Below, piece after piece: positions 47,950 to 59,479 of a stretch of 64,000 nucleotides of DNA. The stretch comes from an uncultured Candidatus Saccharibacteria bacterium. Its GTDB lineage: Bacteria; Patescibacteriota; UBA1384; DTJR01. The position numbers were made by a program, and so were the translations under genes. The DNA lies in assembly GCA_964580065.1 (NCBI GenBank), contig CAZOJE010000002.1:66978-130977 (forward strand), given 5' to 3'. Each line of letters starts with the position of its first letter. Positions within the stretch are counted from its first letter, which is position 1. The notes under the pieces were generated by a model, which was not told where the DNA came from, did no database searches, and saw only the letters and a list, made by a program, of their open reading frames with translations.

Positions 47950-47978
47950 AATATACCTAAAAAATGCTCAAGTGTCAA
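47950..47978 (-). promoter_or_regulatory. Internal sigma70 promoter for tuf
   Basis: TTGACA-N17-TATATT between the fusA stop and tuf. Confidence 0.6.
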
Positions 47979-47979
47979 C

Positions 47980-50079
47980 TTATTTTCCCTGTCTTTTCTC
48001 TATTAACTGTTGAGCAATATTTCTTGGTACTACTTCATATCGATTAAATTCCATAGTGTAACTTGCTCTGCCTTGAGTTAATGATCTAAGACTGGTAGCA
48101 TAACCAAACATTTCGCCCAAGGGAACAAATGCGGGAATCGCTTTAGCATTGCCCCTGTCTTCCACCGTGCCAATTTGAGCTCTCTTTGAATTGAGATCGC
48201 CAAGGACATCACCCATGAATTCTTCTGGGGTGACAACTTCAACTTTCATGATTGGCTCAAGCATGACCGGATCAGCATTTTTGACTGCTTCCTGAATAGC
48301 CATTGAACCTGCAATTTGGAAAGCTAGTTCCGAAGAGTCAACCTCATGATAGGAGCCGTCATAAAGGACAACGTCAACGTCAATAACCGGATAACCCGAA
48401 ATAACACCTTTGTTAAGAGCTTGCTCCACACCTTTTTGAACAGCAGGAATAAATTCTTTCGGAATCGAACCGCCAAAGATTTTGTTCACAAATTCGTTAC
48501 CCTCACCTCTTTCTCGAGGAGAAACTTCGATTAAAACGTGACCATATTGTCCGCGCCCACCAGATTGTCTGATAAATTTACCTTCGGCTTTAGTGCCTTT
48601 GGTAATTGTCTCACGATATGCTACTTGCGGCGCGCCCACATTTGCCTCAACCTTAAATTCACGCTTTAATCTGTCAACGATAATCTCCAAGTGGAGTTCA
48701 CCCATACCAGAAATCAAAGTTTGGTTCGTTTCCTGATCGGTTTTAATCCTGAAAGTAGGATCTTCTTCAGCCAGCTTCGACAAAGCCATACCCATTTTGG
48801 TTTGATCGGCTTTAGTTTTTGGCTCAATTGCAATTTCGATTACGGGTTCGGGGAATTCGATTGACTCTAAACGAACTTTACGATTTTGGGTGCAAAGCGT
48901 ATCGCCAGTAGTGGTATTCTTGAGTCCAACAATGGCAACTATTTCGCCCGCGTAAACTGCTTCAACATCTTCGCGATGATTAGCGTGCATGCGTAAAATT
49001 CGCCCCACTCTTTCTTTTTCGTTATTAGTCGCGTTGATGATGTAGCTACCCGCTTCAAGAACGCCTGAATAAACGCGAACAAAACAGAGCCGGCCGACAA
49101 AGGGATCGGTGGCAATTTTAAAAGCGAGGGCGCAAAACGGTTCTTCATCAGAAGTGACAATTTCTATTTCTTCGTCGGTGCCGGGCTTTGTTGCCACAAC
49201 CGAAGGAACATCAAGCGGATTCGGCAAATAATCGACAACGGCATCAAGAAGCAATTGAACACCTTTATTTTTTAAAGCTGAACCGGTTAAAACGGGAACA
49301 ATTTCATTTTTAATCGTTGCTTGTCTAAGGCCTTTTCGCAAAGATTCTTCATCGAGATCGTTAGTTTCAAGATACTGCTCAAGTAATTTCTCGTCTGTTT
49401 CAGCAACTTTTTCTACCAATTTAACCCGCCAATTTTTCGCTTCTTCCAACATTTCCTGCGGAATTTCTTGCTCTTCGGCCGCTTGACCAAGATCGCCTTT
49501 GAAAATAAAAGCTTTCATGTGGACGAGATCAACTAATCCTTGAAATTTTTCTTCAGAACCAATTGGAATTTGAACCGGAATGGCTTGATTTCCTAGTCGA
49601 TCGAGAATTGATTGATAGGCCTTAAAAAAATCAGCGCCTGTACGATCGAGTTTATTAACAAAGCAAATTCGCGGAACATGGTATTTATCAGCTTGACGCC
49701 AAACTGTTTCAGATTGCGGCTCAACACCAGCGACACCATCAAAAACAACCACGCCGCCATCGAGAACCCTTAGAGAACGCTCCACTTCAACCGTGAAATC
49801 AACGTGGCCGGGTGTATCAATGATATTAATGCGTGTTTTCTCATCTTCGTTATGCCTTGGGGCCCAAAAGCAAGTTGTTGCCGCTGAAGTAATCGTAATG
49901 CCGCGTTCTCTCTCTTGCTCCATCCAGTCCATTTCGGCTTGACCTTCATGAACCTCGCCAATCTTATGCTTTTTGCCAGTAAAGAAAAGAATGCGCTCCG
50001 TAACAGTTGTCTTGCCTGCATCAATATGAGCGATTATTCCAATGTTTCTTGTTTTTTCGAGCGAATATTCTCTTGGCAT
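47980..50079 (-). CDS. fusA: Elongation factor G
   Basis: [35 protein letters not shown]. Confidence 0.99.
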   Translation of the reverse strand: MPREYSLEKTRNIGIIAHIDAGKTTVTERILFFTGKKHKIGEVHEGQAEMDWMEQERERGITITSAATTCFWAPRHNEDEKTRINIIDTPGHVDFTVEVERSLRVLDGGVVVFDGVAGVEPQSETVWRQADKYHVPRICFVNKLDRTGADFFKAYQSILDRLGNQAIPVQIPIGSEEKFQGLVDLVHMKAFIFKGDLGQAAEEQEIPQEMLEEAKNWRVKLVEKVAETDEKLLEQYLETNDLDEESLRKGLRQATIKNEIVPVLTGSALKNKGVQLLLDAVVDYLPNPLDVPSVVATKPGTDEEIEIVTSDEEPFCALAFKIATDPFVGRLCFVRVYSGVLEAGSYIINATNNEKERVGRILRMHANHREDVEAVYAGEIVAIVGLKNTTTGDTLCTQNRKVRLESIEFPEPVIEIAIEPKTKADQTKMGMALSKLAEEDPTFRIKTDQETNQTLISGMGELHLEIIVDRLKREFKVEANVGAPQVAYRETITKGTKAEGKFIRQSGGRGQYGHVLIEVSPRERGEGNEFVNKIFGGSIPKEFIPAVQKGVEQALNKGVISGYPVIDVDVVLYDGSYHEVDSSELAFQIAGSMAIQEAVKNADPVMLEPIMKVEVVTPEEFMGDVLGDLNSKRAQIGTVEDRGNAKAIPAFVPLGEMFGYATSLRSLTQGRASYTMEFNRYEVVPRNIAQQLIEKRQGK

Positions 50080-50115
50080 ACTTTACTCCAAAATTAAGCC
50101 CCCTTCCGAGGATGT

Positions 50116-50592
50116 TTATCTGATCTTAGCAAAATGAGCAAATGCCTTATTGGCTTCCGCCATTTTGTGAGTATCGATTTTCTTCTTGAATGCGGCACCA
50201 GTGCTATTTATCGAGTCAACAAATTCGGCCGCTAATTTTTTAGACATTTGAGCGCCTTTGCGATCTCTGGCGGCGTTAATAATCCAGCGCATCGCTAAAG
50301 CGGTTCTTCTCGGTTCCCTAACGTCCATCGGGATTTGATAGTTAGCGCCGCCAATACGTCGGCCGCGAACCTCAACAGACGGGGCCACAGAATTCAACGC
50401 TAAATTGAAAACGTCTAATGGCTCACGTTTTAACTGCTTGGACGCTATTTCCAGCGCATCATAAACTATCCCTTGGGCCGTTTCCTTTTTGCCGTCGGTC
50501 ATTATATGATTAATAAATTTCGTTACAGTGGTTGAATTATAGACACTGTCCGGCAAAATTGTTTGTTTTTGATATTTTGATCTTCCTCTCAT
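50116..50592 (-). CDS. rpsG: 30S ribosomal protein S7
   Basis: DGKK, RRIGGANYQIP, HKMAEANKAFAH. Confidence 0.97.
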   Translation of the reverse strand: MRGRSKYQKQTILPDSVYNSTTVTKFINHIMTDGKKETAQGIVYDALEIASKQLKREPLDVFNLALNSVAPSVEVRGRRIGGANYQIPMDVREPRRTALAMRWIINAARDRKGAQMSKKLAAEFVDSINSTGAAFKKKIDTHKMAEANKAFAHFAKIR

Positions 50593-50594
50593 GA

Positions 50595-51014
50595 TTAACC
50601 TTCTGCTCTCTTTGCACCATACTTACTTCGGCTTCTTTTTCGACCACCCACACCTTGAGTATCAAGTTTTCCTCTGATTATGTGATATCGAACACCGGGA
50701 AGATCCTTAACTCTCCCGCCTCGCAACATAACAACCGAGTGCTCCTGCAAATTATGTCCAATTCCAGGAATATAAGCGGTAACTTCTTGGCCGTTCGTCA
50801 AACGTACTTTGGCAATTTTGCGCAAAGCCGAATTCGGTTTTTTCGGTGTCATTGTGGTTACTTTAACGCAGACGCCTCTTTTGAACGGATTTGAAGTAGC
50901 GGCTGTTTTTGGCTTGTTTTTGAGAAAATTAAAATTTCTCGCCAAAGCCGGGGTATTGCTTTTCTTACTTTGAACTTTTCTTTTTGTTCTAACTAATTGA
51001 TTAATTGTTGGCAT
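50595..51014 (-). CDS. rpsL: 30S ribosomal protein S12
   Basis: [25 protein letters not shown]. Confidence 0.98.
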   Translation of the reverse strand: MPTINQLVRTKRKVQSKKSNTPALARNFNFLKNKPKTAATSNPFKRGVCVKVTTMTPKKPNSALRKIAKVRLTNGQEVTAYIPGIGHNLQEHSVVMLRGGRVKDLPGVRYHIIRGKLDTQGVGGRKRSRSKYGAKRAEG

Positions 51015-51022
51015 TATATATC

Positions 51023-54000
51023 CTATTTTTTCTTCTTGGTTGACTGCTTTTCGGCAATGTAACCGGTTCCAGCAGGAATCAGTTTACCAATAATTACGTT
51101 TTCTTTCAACCCTCTCAAGTTATCCACCGCTCCTCTAATGGCGGCAGAAATAAGCACGCTAGTCGTTTCTTGAAACGAAGCGGCTGAAAGGAAGCTTTCC
51201 GTCTTAAGAGCAACTCTGGTAATACCCATAATGACTGGTTCAACAATTGGCGCCTTCTTCTTGCTTTTTTCGAGGCCGCTTGTAAGAATTGCTAATTCTT
51301 TTCGGTCGATAATCTGGCCTGGAACAAGTTCGCTTTCTCCTTCATCAACGACGCGAAGTTTGCTCAACATTTGTTTGATAATCGTCTCCAAATGTTTATC
51401 GTTAATCGACTGGCCCTGTGAGGAGTAAATCGCCTTTGTTTCTTTGATGATATATTTCATAGTCTCTTGAGAACCGCGTAAGCGCAAGGCCTCGGAGAGA
51501 TTCAAGTGACCGTCAGCTAGAACAGTTCCTTTGGTTACTTTTTCGCCAGCTTTAATCAGCAAAGGCATACCCGTGATAATTGGATAAGCAATTTTGATCT
51601 TGTCTTTCGATCGTATAATTACTTTGCCCTTTTCAATGGAAACAACTCCATTGATGCTTGCTCGAACGGCTTTTTTGTCTTTGCAAATGGCTACGGCCTT
51701 CTTCGCTTTGATATTTTCCTTATCTTTAACCGCTATTTCGTAGCCCTCTGGCACCTCAATGGTTTCCGACATTGGCTCGTCCGAAATAATCTCAACCGTA
51801 ATCGAATCATCGTGTTTGTTGATTTGAGCGATACCGTCAATCTCGGTAATCGGGGCTTCATACTTAGGTCGACGGGCTTCAAAAAGCTCTTCAACCCTCG
51901 GCAAGCCAGAAGTAATGTCCTCTCCGGTAACACCGCCAAGATGGAATGTTTTCATGGTTAGCTGTGTACCAGGTTCACCAATAGCTTGAGCGGCAATAAC
52001 GCCAACCGCTACGCCAAGATTGACAATTTTGCCAGTTCCAAGATCACGACCGTAACATTTCTGGCAAATTCCATGATCCGTTTGACAATAAGCAACTGAT
52101 CGGACAAATACACTTTCCAGATCACTGCCTTCGATTTCTTGAGCTTTTTCTCGGGAGATTTCTTCACCCGCTTTGACAATAACCTTAGTCTTAATTTTAA
52201 TGTCATTTAATGAAACTCGGCCATCAATTCTTTCGGCAAAGCTTTCACCAAACTCGGCTGATTCAGCTCTTTTTATCTCTAGACCTGTTTTTGTACCGCA
52301 GTCTTCCTCGACAACAATAACATCTTGCGCCACGTCAACCAATCTTCTAGTGAGATATCCTGAATCAGACGTTCTCAAAGCCGTGTCCGATCGTCCCTTT
52401 CTCGAACCATGAGAAGAGATAAAGTACTCGAATACTGTCAGACCTTCGCGATAGTTTGAAACAATCGGTAATTCAATAATTTCTCCGGTTGGGTTAACCA
52501 CCAAACCTTTCATACCAGCCATTTGCGTCAACTGTGCAACCGAGCCCCTCGTCCCAGAGGTAACATACATGAACACCGGATTATCTTCGGAAAAGTCAGT
52601 AAGCATTTTTTTCTCAATTTCTTTTCTGGCGTTATTCCACAAATCAATAACGCGAACGCTCTTTTCTTCTTCTGTAATAAGTCCCCTCTTTAGTTGCATT
52701 TCAACTTCGTCAACTTTGCTTTCAGTTCCGTTGACAATTTCTTTTTTCTCCTTAGGAATGCTGATGTCGTCAATACCGATAGACACACCAGAAATTGTGG
52801 CATATTCAAAGCCAAGGGCCTTGATTCTGTCTAGCGATTGGGCACAAGCTTCACTGCCCAATTTCTTGAAGATTCTAACAACAATTGCCTTCATTTGTTT
52901 GGCATCAATCGTCTTGTTGATAAATCTAATTTCATCAGGCAAAACATTGTTGAACAAAATTCTTCCAACGCAAGTTTCCATTATCTTGTAATCAATTTTT
53001 TCGGCAATTTCGGTGTCGGTTTCTTTAATATCATCATCAACTTTGACTTTAATTCTGGTTTTTAAGCCAATGAATCCGGTTTGCCAAGCCATAATAGCTT
53101 CATTCTTGCTGGAATAAACTTTTATTTTCTTCTCATCGCCTTTTTCCATATCGGTGATATAGAAACAACCCAAGATCATATCAAACCTTGGAGTAACGAT
53201 CGGCTCTCCCGATGCAGGTTTAAGTAGATTTTTCGCCGAAAGCATAATATTTTCAGCTTCTTCTTCCGCCCTTTCGCTTAACGGAACATGAACGGCCATT
53301 TGGTCACCGTCAAAGTCAGCATTAAACGCCTGACAGACAAGCGGGTGAACCTGAATTGCCTTACCTTCAATCAAGATTGGTCTGAATGCTTGAATACCAA
53401 GTCGATGCAACGTTGGAGCACGATTAAGCATGACGTGTCGTTCAGAAGTGATTTCCTCCAATATGTCCCAAACGATCGGATCTTTTCGTTCGATCATTTT
53501 AGTAGCATTCTTCACGTTAAATACATGGCCGTCCTTAATAAGTCTGGCAATAACGAATGTCTTAAAGAGTTCAAGAGCCATGACTTTTGGTAAACCACAT
53601 TGGTCTAACTTCAAGTCGGGGCCGACAACGATAACGCTTCGTCCAGAGTAATCAACCCTTTTACCCAAAAGATTTTGGCGAAATCGACCTTGTTTTCCAC
53701 GTAGAATATCTGAAAGACTACGCAATTTTCTCTGGTTGCCGGTAACAGCAATGCGGCCTCTTCGCGCACTGTTATCAACCAACGCATCGACTGCTTCTTG
53801 AAGCATTCTTTTTTCGTTTCGGCAAATTACTTCAGGAGCTCCGGCAGTAATTAATTTCTTTAAGCGGTTATTTCTATTTAAAACCCTTCGATAAAGATCG
53901 TTTAAGTCTGAAGCGGCAAAGCGGCCACCGTCAAGCTGAACCATCGGGCGTAAATCAGGTGGTATGACCGGAATTCTGGTCATAACAAGCCACTCTGGTC

Positions 54001-54838
54001 TGATACCGGCTAATTGCATTTCTTTGAACATTTTTAATCGGCGAAGGAGTTTTTTGCGGTTAGCGACTACTTGAATATTCAATTTCTCGGTTAAAGACTT
54101 GACCTCGCTATCCATGTCAACACTTTTAAGAAGTTCCAAAATCGCTTCGGCGCCAATGCCAACTCGGGCAACTTGACCATACTTCATTGAGATTGAGTTG
54201 TATTCCGATTCGCTTAAAACCTTCTTATCGTGGATTGAATTAAGCTCTGATTTCGAATTCTTATAAGCCGCTTCAATTTTCTGTAAAGCAATTGGATTGT
54301 TTTTAACCTTATCGTCTCTTTTTGCTTCTTCAAATTCCTTTTGTAATTGCTCTAGCGCGGACTGTCGAAGATTTTCATTTACTTCTAAAACAACAAACGA
54401 AGCAAAATAGATAACAGATTCAACATCGGTGACACTCATATCTAAAATCGTTCCAACAATGCCGCCGGCTCCTCTTAAGAACCAAACGTGCGCTACAGGA
54501 ACAACTAGATCGATGTGCCCCATTCTTTCGCGGCGAACCGAGCTTCTGGTAACTTCGACGCCACATCGGTCACAGACAATTCCTTTGTAGCGAATTTTTT
54601 TGTATTTACCGCAATAACATTCCCAGTCTTTGATTGGTCCAAAAACACGCTCGTCAAACAAGCCATCTCTTTCTGGTTTTTGAGTTCGATAGTTAATTGT
54701 TTCCGGTTTCGTGATTTCTCCATATGACCATCGGAAAATGTCATCGGGGCTAGCGACACAAAGACGAATCATGTCAAACTCTTTCATGGCGGTGTCTTTT
54801 TGATGTGATTGGGTTGAATTCATGTTTCTATTCTCCAT
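51023..54838 (-). CDS. rpoC: RNA polymerase beta' subunit
   Basis: [36 protein letters not shown]. Confidence 0.99.
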   Translation of the reverse strand: MENRNMNSTQSHQKDTAMKEFDMIRLCVASPDDIFRWSYGEITKPETINYRTQKPERDGLFDERVFGPIKDWECYCGKYKKIRYKGIVCDRCGVEVTRSSVRRERMGHIDLVVPVAHVWFLRGAGGIVGTILDMSVTDVESVIYFASFVVLEVNENLRQSALEQLQKEFEEAKRDDKVKNNPIALQKIEAAYKNSKSELNSIHDKKVLSESEYNSISMKYGQVARVGIGAEAILELLKSVDMDSEVKSLTEKLNIQVVANRKKLLRRLKMFKEMQLAGIRPEWLVMTRIPVIPPDLRPMVQLDGGRFAASDLNDLYRRVLNRNNRLKKLITAGAPEVICRNEKRMLQEAVDALVDNSARRGRIAVTGNQRKLRSLSDILRGKQGRFRQNLLGKRVDYSGRSVIVVGPDLKLDQCGLPKVMALELFKTFVIARLIKDGHVFNVKNATKMIERKDPIVWDILEEITSERHVMLNRAPTLHRLGIQAFRPILIEGKAIQVHPLVCQAFNADFDGDQMAVHVPLSERAEEEAENIMLSAKNLLKPASGEPIVTPRFDMILGCFYITDMEKGDEKKIKVYSSKNEAIMAWQTGFIGLKTRIKVKVDDDIKETDTEIAEKIDYKIMETCVGRILFNNVLPDEIRFINKTIDAKQMKAIVVRIFKKLGSEACAQSLDRIKALGFEYATISGVSIGIDDISIPKEKKEIVNGTESKVDEVEMQLKRGLITEEEKSVRVIDLWNNARKEIEKKMLTDFSEDNPVFMYVTSGTRGSVAQLTQMAGMKGLVVNPTGEIIELPIVSNYREGLTVFEYFISSHGSRKGRSDTALRTSDSGYLTRRLVDVAQDVIVVEEDCGTKTGLEIKRAESAEFGESFAERIDGRVSLNDIKIKTKVIVKAGEEISREKAQEIEGSDLESVFVRSVAYCQTDHGICQKCYGRDLGTGKIVNLGVAVGVIAAQAIGEPGTQLTMKTFHLGGVTGEDITSGLPRVEELFEARRPKYEAPITEIDGIAQINKHDDSITVEIISDEPMSETIEVPEGYEIAVKDKENIKAKKAVAICKDKKAVRASINGVVSIEKGKVIIRSKDKIKIAYPIITGMPLLIKAGEKVTKGTVLADGHLNLSEALRLRGSQETMKYIIKETKAIYSSQGQSINDKHLETIIKQMLSKLRVVDEGESELVPGQIIDRKELAILTSGLEKSKKKAPIVEPVIMGITRVALKTESFLSAASFQETTSVLISAAIRGAVDNLRGLKENVIIGKLIPAGTGYIAEKQSTKKKK

Positions 54839-57800
54839 CCTTGCCTCCTTCAGTTTCTTCCTGATCGCTGATTATTTCTTCCTCCTGACCAGCAAAGATT
54901 TCTGTTAAATCTTTATCCTCGGCATCTTCTGTATCTTCCTCTTGATTGTCTGTTTCTTCACTGGAAAGCGACGTTTTTTCAACAATTTTTGACCTATCTG
55001 CTTCACCATAAATTTTTGCTTCGCCCGATTTAGAATCAATCATTTCTACTGAAAGACCCAAACTTTGAAGCTCTCGAACTAAGACACTGAACGAAGCCGG
55101 CACTGATGGTTTCTCGATAACTTCGCCTCTGATAATAGACTCGTAGGCCTTGGCGCGACCGATAACATCATCCGATTTGATTGTTAACATTTCTTGTAAA
55201 GTGTGAGCCGAGCCATAAGCTTCCAAAGCCCAAACTTCCATTTCACCAAACCTCTGGCCACCAAATTGCGCTTTTCCGCCAAGTGGCTGTTGCGTAACCA
55301 TCGAGTAAGGACCAACCGAACGAGCGTGCATCTTGTCGTCAACAAGGTGAGCCAGTTTAAGAATATAAACGGTTCCAACGGTAGCATCTGACTGGAACGG
55401 TTCGCCAGTTTTTCCGTCATAAAGTCGCATCTTACCGCTTTCGGGAAATCCAGCTTTATTAAGCTCTTCTTTTATTTTATCAACGCTAACGCCGTCAAAA
55501 ATTGGCGTAGCAACTTTATAACCAAGTTTGTCAGCCGCTAATCCAAGATGTGTTTCCAGAATCTGTCCGAGGTTCATTCTTGAAACAACGCCGAGCGGGT
55601 TAAGAATAATGTCTACCGGTGTGCCGTCCTCCATATAAGGCATATCTTCTTCGGGCAAAATTGCCGAAATGACACCTTTATTACCATGGCGTCCAGCTAA
55701 TTTGTCACCAACCGAGATTTTTCTAAGTTGAGCGACAGCCACTTCTACCATTTGGCTAACACCTTCCGGCAATTCGTCGTTGGCTTCTTTGGAGAAAACT
55801 TTAATTTCAATGACTTTTCCTTTTTCACCATGAGGCAAACGAAGCGAGGAGTCCTTAACATCTTTCGCTTTTTCGCCGAAGATTGCGCGAAGAAGTTTTT
55901 CCTCAACTGTCAGCTCGGTTTCACCTTTAGGAGTAATTTTACCTACCAAAATGTCGCCAGCTTCAATTTCGGCGCCAAGACGGATAACACCATTCTCGTC
56001 TAAATCCGCCAAAGCATCCTCACCAACATTAGGAATGTCGCGAGTAATCATTTCCGGACCAAGCTTTGTGTCTCGAACTTCAATAGAATATTTTTCAATG
56101 TGAATCGAACTTAGCATATCCTCCTTGACTAATTTTTCCGAAAGGATGATAGCATCTTCATAGTTGCAACCGCGATAGCTCATAAAAGCAACCTTTAAGT
56201 TGCGGCCAAGAGCCAATTCGCCGTTTTGAATAGCGGCGCCGTCGGCTAAAATATCGCCTTTTTTGACTTTAGTACCCGCGTCAACAATAATTTTTTGATT
56301 CATGCAGGTAGCTTGATTTGAGCGAACAAATTTCTCTAAACGATAGGCACGGTCTTTGCCGTCTTTGCCTTTAACGACGACTCGATTAGCCGAGGCCTCA
56401 ATTACTTCACCGTCTACTTCAGAAGTAATCACATGGCCGCTTGACATAGCCGCGCCACCCTCCATTCCAGTCCCAACAACAGGAGATTCCGGTCTAACCA
56501 AAGGGACAGCTTGTCTCTGCATATTCGAGCCCATATTCGCCCTAACCGCGTCATCATGTTCAATAAATGGAATCAAAGCGGTCGTAATTGAAGCAATTTG
56601 TTGCGGGGCAACGTCAACATACTGAATTTCACTAACCGCACCAATTGACGGATCACCGAATTTTCTAACCGGAACCTTCTTGCCGACAATGTAACCGTCT
56701 TTGTCCACCTTAGTTGACGAAGGTGCAATAACAGTTTTTTCTTCGTCCGACGCATCCAAATAAACAATCTTATTAGTAACTTTGGCTTTGCCATTTTTCT
56801 GCTCAACTACAAGATAGGGCGTTTCAATAAAGCCAAATTCGTTAACTTTTCCGTAAGAGGCCAGATAACCAACCAAACCAATATTTGGTCCTTCCGGTGT
56901 TTCAATCGGACAAATCCTACCATAGTGAGATTGGTGAACGTCCCTGACTTCAAAACCTGCTCTTTCGCGGGAAAGTCCGCCCGGTCCAGTCGCTGAAAGT
57001 GTTCTTTTGTGCTCCAATTCAGCTAAAGGATTGGTTTGGTTCATAAATTGTGACATTTGCGAAGAAGCAAAAAATTCTTGCAGAACCGCTACAATCGGTC
57101 GTGAATTAACTAATTGGGTCGGCGTCGCGTTTTCGGGCTCAACAATACTCATTCTATCTTTAATAATTCTTTCCATTCTCAAGAAACCGACTCTTAGTCT
57201 GGATTGAACTAATTCACCAACAGCACGAACACGTCGATTTTTAAGGTGATCGATATCATCTGGCAAACCAGTTGGATCATTATTGAGTCTGATAATTTCT
57301 TTAATGATTTCGACTAGGTCATCTAAACGTAAAATTCGCCCTTCGGCGTTATCCTTGACTTTCAGGCCGAGACGACGATTGATTTTATATCGTCCGACAT
57401 GGCCAAGATCATATCGTTTTGGATTGAAAAACAGGGCCTCGAGAAAAACTTTAGCCGCTTCCGGCGTTGCTAGATCCCCTGGTCTGATTCTTTTGTATAC
57501 TTCAACGAGAGCGCCTTGCTGATCTTTTGCCAGATCTTTTGCCAGAGTCTGGTCAATATATTTCAGATCGATATCATCGTCAACATCAGAGAAGATCTCT
57601 TTAATTTTTTCGTTAGAGGTAACCCCTAAAGCTTTCAAAAATGTGGTAACAGGGATTTTTCTCTTACGATCAACTTTGACGTTAATAACCCCTTTATTTG
57701 AAGTTTCAAATTCCAGCCAAGCACCACGATTCGGAATTAACTTAGCTCCAAAATATTTCTTCCCCGCAATTTCTTCAGCAATATAAATAACACCATACGA

Positions 57801-58217
57801 ACGAACGATCTGCGAGACAACGACTCTTTCGACACCGTTAATAATAAAAGTGCCTCGGTCGGTCATAACTGGAAAATCGCCCAAAAAGACTCTCGAAGCT
57901 TTTTGCTTTGAAGTGATTTTATTAGTTAGGATAACATCACACATTAAGGGCGCTTTATAAGTAAGGTTCTTGTGTTTGGCAGTTGTCTCATCGACTTTTG
58001 GCTGGCCCAACTCGTAATCGCCAAATTCCAACGACATAGCTTCGTTAGTAAAATCATCAACAGGACTTACTTCGTCGAGTAATTCCCTTATCCCCTCTTT
58101 AAATAACCAATTGTATGAGCTCTTTTGAATATCGATTAAATTTGGTAGTTCGACTTTAACGTGATCTTTAGAAAACTTGATTCTTTTTGCTTGATTTTGA
58201 CCAGACTGATTGGACAT
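54828..58217 (-). CDS. rpoB: RNA polymerase beta subunit
   Basis: GDKLAGRHGNKG, ETPEGPNIG, GGQRFGEMEVW. Confidence 0.99.
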   Translation of the reverse strand: MSNQSGQNQAKRIKFSKDHVKVELPNLIDIQKSSYNWLFKEGIRELLDEVSPVDDFTNEAMSLEFGDYELGQPKVDETTAKHKNLTYKAPLMCDVILTNKITSKQKASRVFLGDFPVMTDRGTFIINGVERVVVSQIVRSYGVIYIAEEIAGKKYFGAKLIPNRGAWLEFETSNKGVINVKVDRKRKIPVTTFLKALGVTSNEKIKEIFSDVDDDIDLKYIDQTLAKDLAKDQQGALVEVYKRIRPGDLATPEAAKVFLEALFFNPKRYDLGHVGRYKINRRLGLKVKDNAEGRILRLDDLVEIIKEIIRLNNDPTGLPDDIDHLKNRRVRAVGELVQSRLRVGFLRMERIIKDRMSIVEPENATPTQLVNSRPIVAVLQEFFASSQMSQFMNQTNPLAELEHKRTLSATGPGGLSRERAGFEVRDVHQSHYGRICPIETPEGPNIGLVGYLASYGKVNEFGFIETPYLVVEQKNGKAKVTNKIVYLDASDEEKTVIAPSSTKVDKDGYIVGKKVPVRKFGDPSIGAVSEIQYVDVAPQQIASITTALIPFIEHDDAVRANMGSNMQRQAVPLVRPESPVVGTGMEGGAAMSSGHVITSEVDGEVIEASANRVVVKGKDGKDRAYRLEKFVRSNQATCMNQKIIVDAGTKVKKGDILADGAAIQNGELALGRNLKVAFMSYRGCNYEDAIILSEKLVKEDMLSSIHIEKYSIEVRDTKLGPEMITRDIPNVGEDALADLDENGVIRLGAEIEAGDILVGKITPKGETELTVEEKLLRAIFGEKAKDVKDSSLRLPHGEKGKVIEIKVFSKEANDELPEGVSQMVEVAVAQLRKISVGDKLAGRHGNKGVISAILPEEDMPYMEDGTPVDIILNPLGVVSRMNLGQILETHLGLAADKLGYKVATPIFDGVSVDKIKEELNKAGFPESGKMRLYDGKTGEPFQSDATVGTVYILKLAHLVDDKMHARSVGPYSMVTQQPLGGKAQFGGQRFGEMEVWALEAYGSAHTLQEMLTIKSDDVIGRAKAYESIIRGEVIEKPSVPASFSVLVRELQSLGLSVEMIDSKSGEAKIYGEADRSKIVEKTSLSSEETDNQEEDTEDAEDKDLTEIFAGQEEEIISDQEETEGGKDGE

Positions 58218-58347
58218 TGTGCTTATATCCTCCCCATTATTTTTCTATAAAACAGAAAACCCCTACACAAAAGTAAGAGCAAAGGAACCATCTCTTTCAT
58301 GGTTTCTTCTTATATTTAACTTGCCTGAACTACTCAATCGTGAGTTT

Positions 58348-58376
58348 ATCTTATTATAATTTTGCGCTTTTGTCAA
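58348..58376 (-). promoter_or_regulatory. sigma70 promoter for rpoBC
   Basis: TTGACA-N17-TAAGAT about 130 nt upstream of rpoB. Confidence 0.6.
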
Positions 58377-58403
58377 CTAAAACACACTTCATCTAAAAGG
58401 CGG

Positions 58404-59099
58404 TCAAATCACTTCACTTGGACTAATTTTCTTATATTCTCCTTCTTTCAAATTTTTAAGACAAAATTTGCCAATTCTCGTTCTATTAAGATCAAGCACT
58501 TTAATCCCTGCCTTTTCGAATGTTCGTCTTATTTGACGTTTAACGCCTTGCGTTAAAATTATCAAAAATTCGGCCCTGCCTCCATCTTGCGATATCATTT
58601 TGATCGAAGCCGGAGCAATTTTTTTCCCGTCCAAAACATGTCCACATTTAAAAAGCTTTATAGCATAAGCAAATTTTTCCGATAAATCCTTACCTGATGT
58701 TCTGGCTTGGACTAAATATTCTTTTTCATGTTCAAAGCTGGGGTGTGTCAATTTATATGTAAAGTCACCGTCGTTAGTTAATATCATCAAACCATGGGAA
58801 TCCTTGTCTAGACGGCCGCAAATAAAAATGCTTTTTTCGTCAAAAAAATCAGCTACGGTTGTTTTGGCAAATTTTTCGAAATTTGAACTTATAACACCCT
58901 TCGGTTTGTTAAAAGCATAATAAAACTTATTTTCTGGAGAAACTTTTTTACCCCTGACACTAACAACCGAAAAAGAATCAACCAAATCAGTTAAAACGGC
59001 TTTTTGGCCGTTTATAAAAACTTCTCCGTTTTTTATCAGTTCTTCTACTTTGCGTCGAGACCCAAAGCCGCAAGACGAAAGATATTTATTTATTCTCAT
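58404..59099 (-). CDS. rRNA pseudouridine synthase (RluB/RsuA family)
   Basis: S4 domain MRINKYLS..SRR, FNKPKG, GRLDKDS, KRQIRR. Confidence 0.92.
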   Translation of the reverse strand: MRINKYLSSCGFGSRRKVEELIKNGEVFINGQKAVLTDLVDSFSVVSVRGKKVSPENKFYYAFNKPKGVISSNFEKFAKTTVADFFDEKSIFICGRLDKDSHGLMILTNDGDFTYKLTHPSFEHEKEYLVQARTSGKDLSEKFAYAIKLFKCGHVLDGKKIAPASIKMISQDGGRAEFLIILTQGVKRQIRRTFEKAGIKVLDLNRTRIGKFCLKNLKEGEYKKISPSEVI

Positions 59100-59106
59100 A
59101 ATTTTT

Positions 59107-59439
59107 GCCTAACTGCTCGGTAAGCTGGGTTCTGTTTTGGTAACTATCTATCTAAGCGTCAGGGCCTTTATGATATATCGAGCATCCTAGACATAAAGGT
59201 CCACCCGACTTGCACCAGAAGGAGTTTTGCACTCGCGAAATCTCTCGAATCCGCGATTGTGAGCTCTTACCTCAACTCTTTTCACCCTTGCGACCCGTCC
59301 GAAAACGGGTTTCGCGGTATAGTTTCTGTGCCACTATCCCTGGGGTCACCCCCGTCCTGATTTATCAGGATATCCTGCTCGATGGTGCCCAGACTTTCCT
59401 CCTCGGGAAAACCGAGGCAGTTACCTCGAACAGTTAGGC
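59107..59439 (-). ncRNA. rnpB: RNase P RNA (compact type A)
   Basis: P1 GCCTAACTG..CAGTTAGGC; GAGGAAAGTCTGGG pairs with AACAGAACCCAGCTTA (P4); ACAGAAA and GGGTGAAA conserved regions. Confidence 0.92.
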
Positions 59440-59479
59440 AAACGAAGTATAGCATTTTCGAGTGATTTAATCTAGTACT

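Noticed and set aside
46716-58217. Introns or inteins in tuf, fusA, rpoB, rpoC
   Set aside because: The reading frames are continuous and of normal length
32378-58556. Many plus-strand ORFs across the ribosomal/RNAP region, and similar antisense ORFs elsewhere
   Set aside because: Shadow frames of conserved opposite-strand genes
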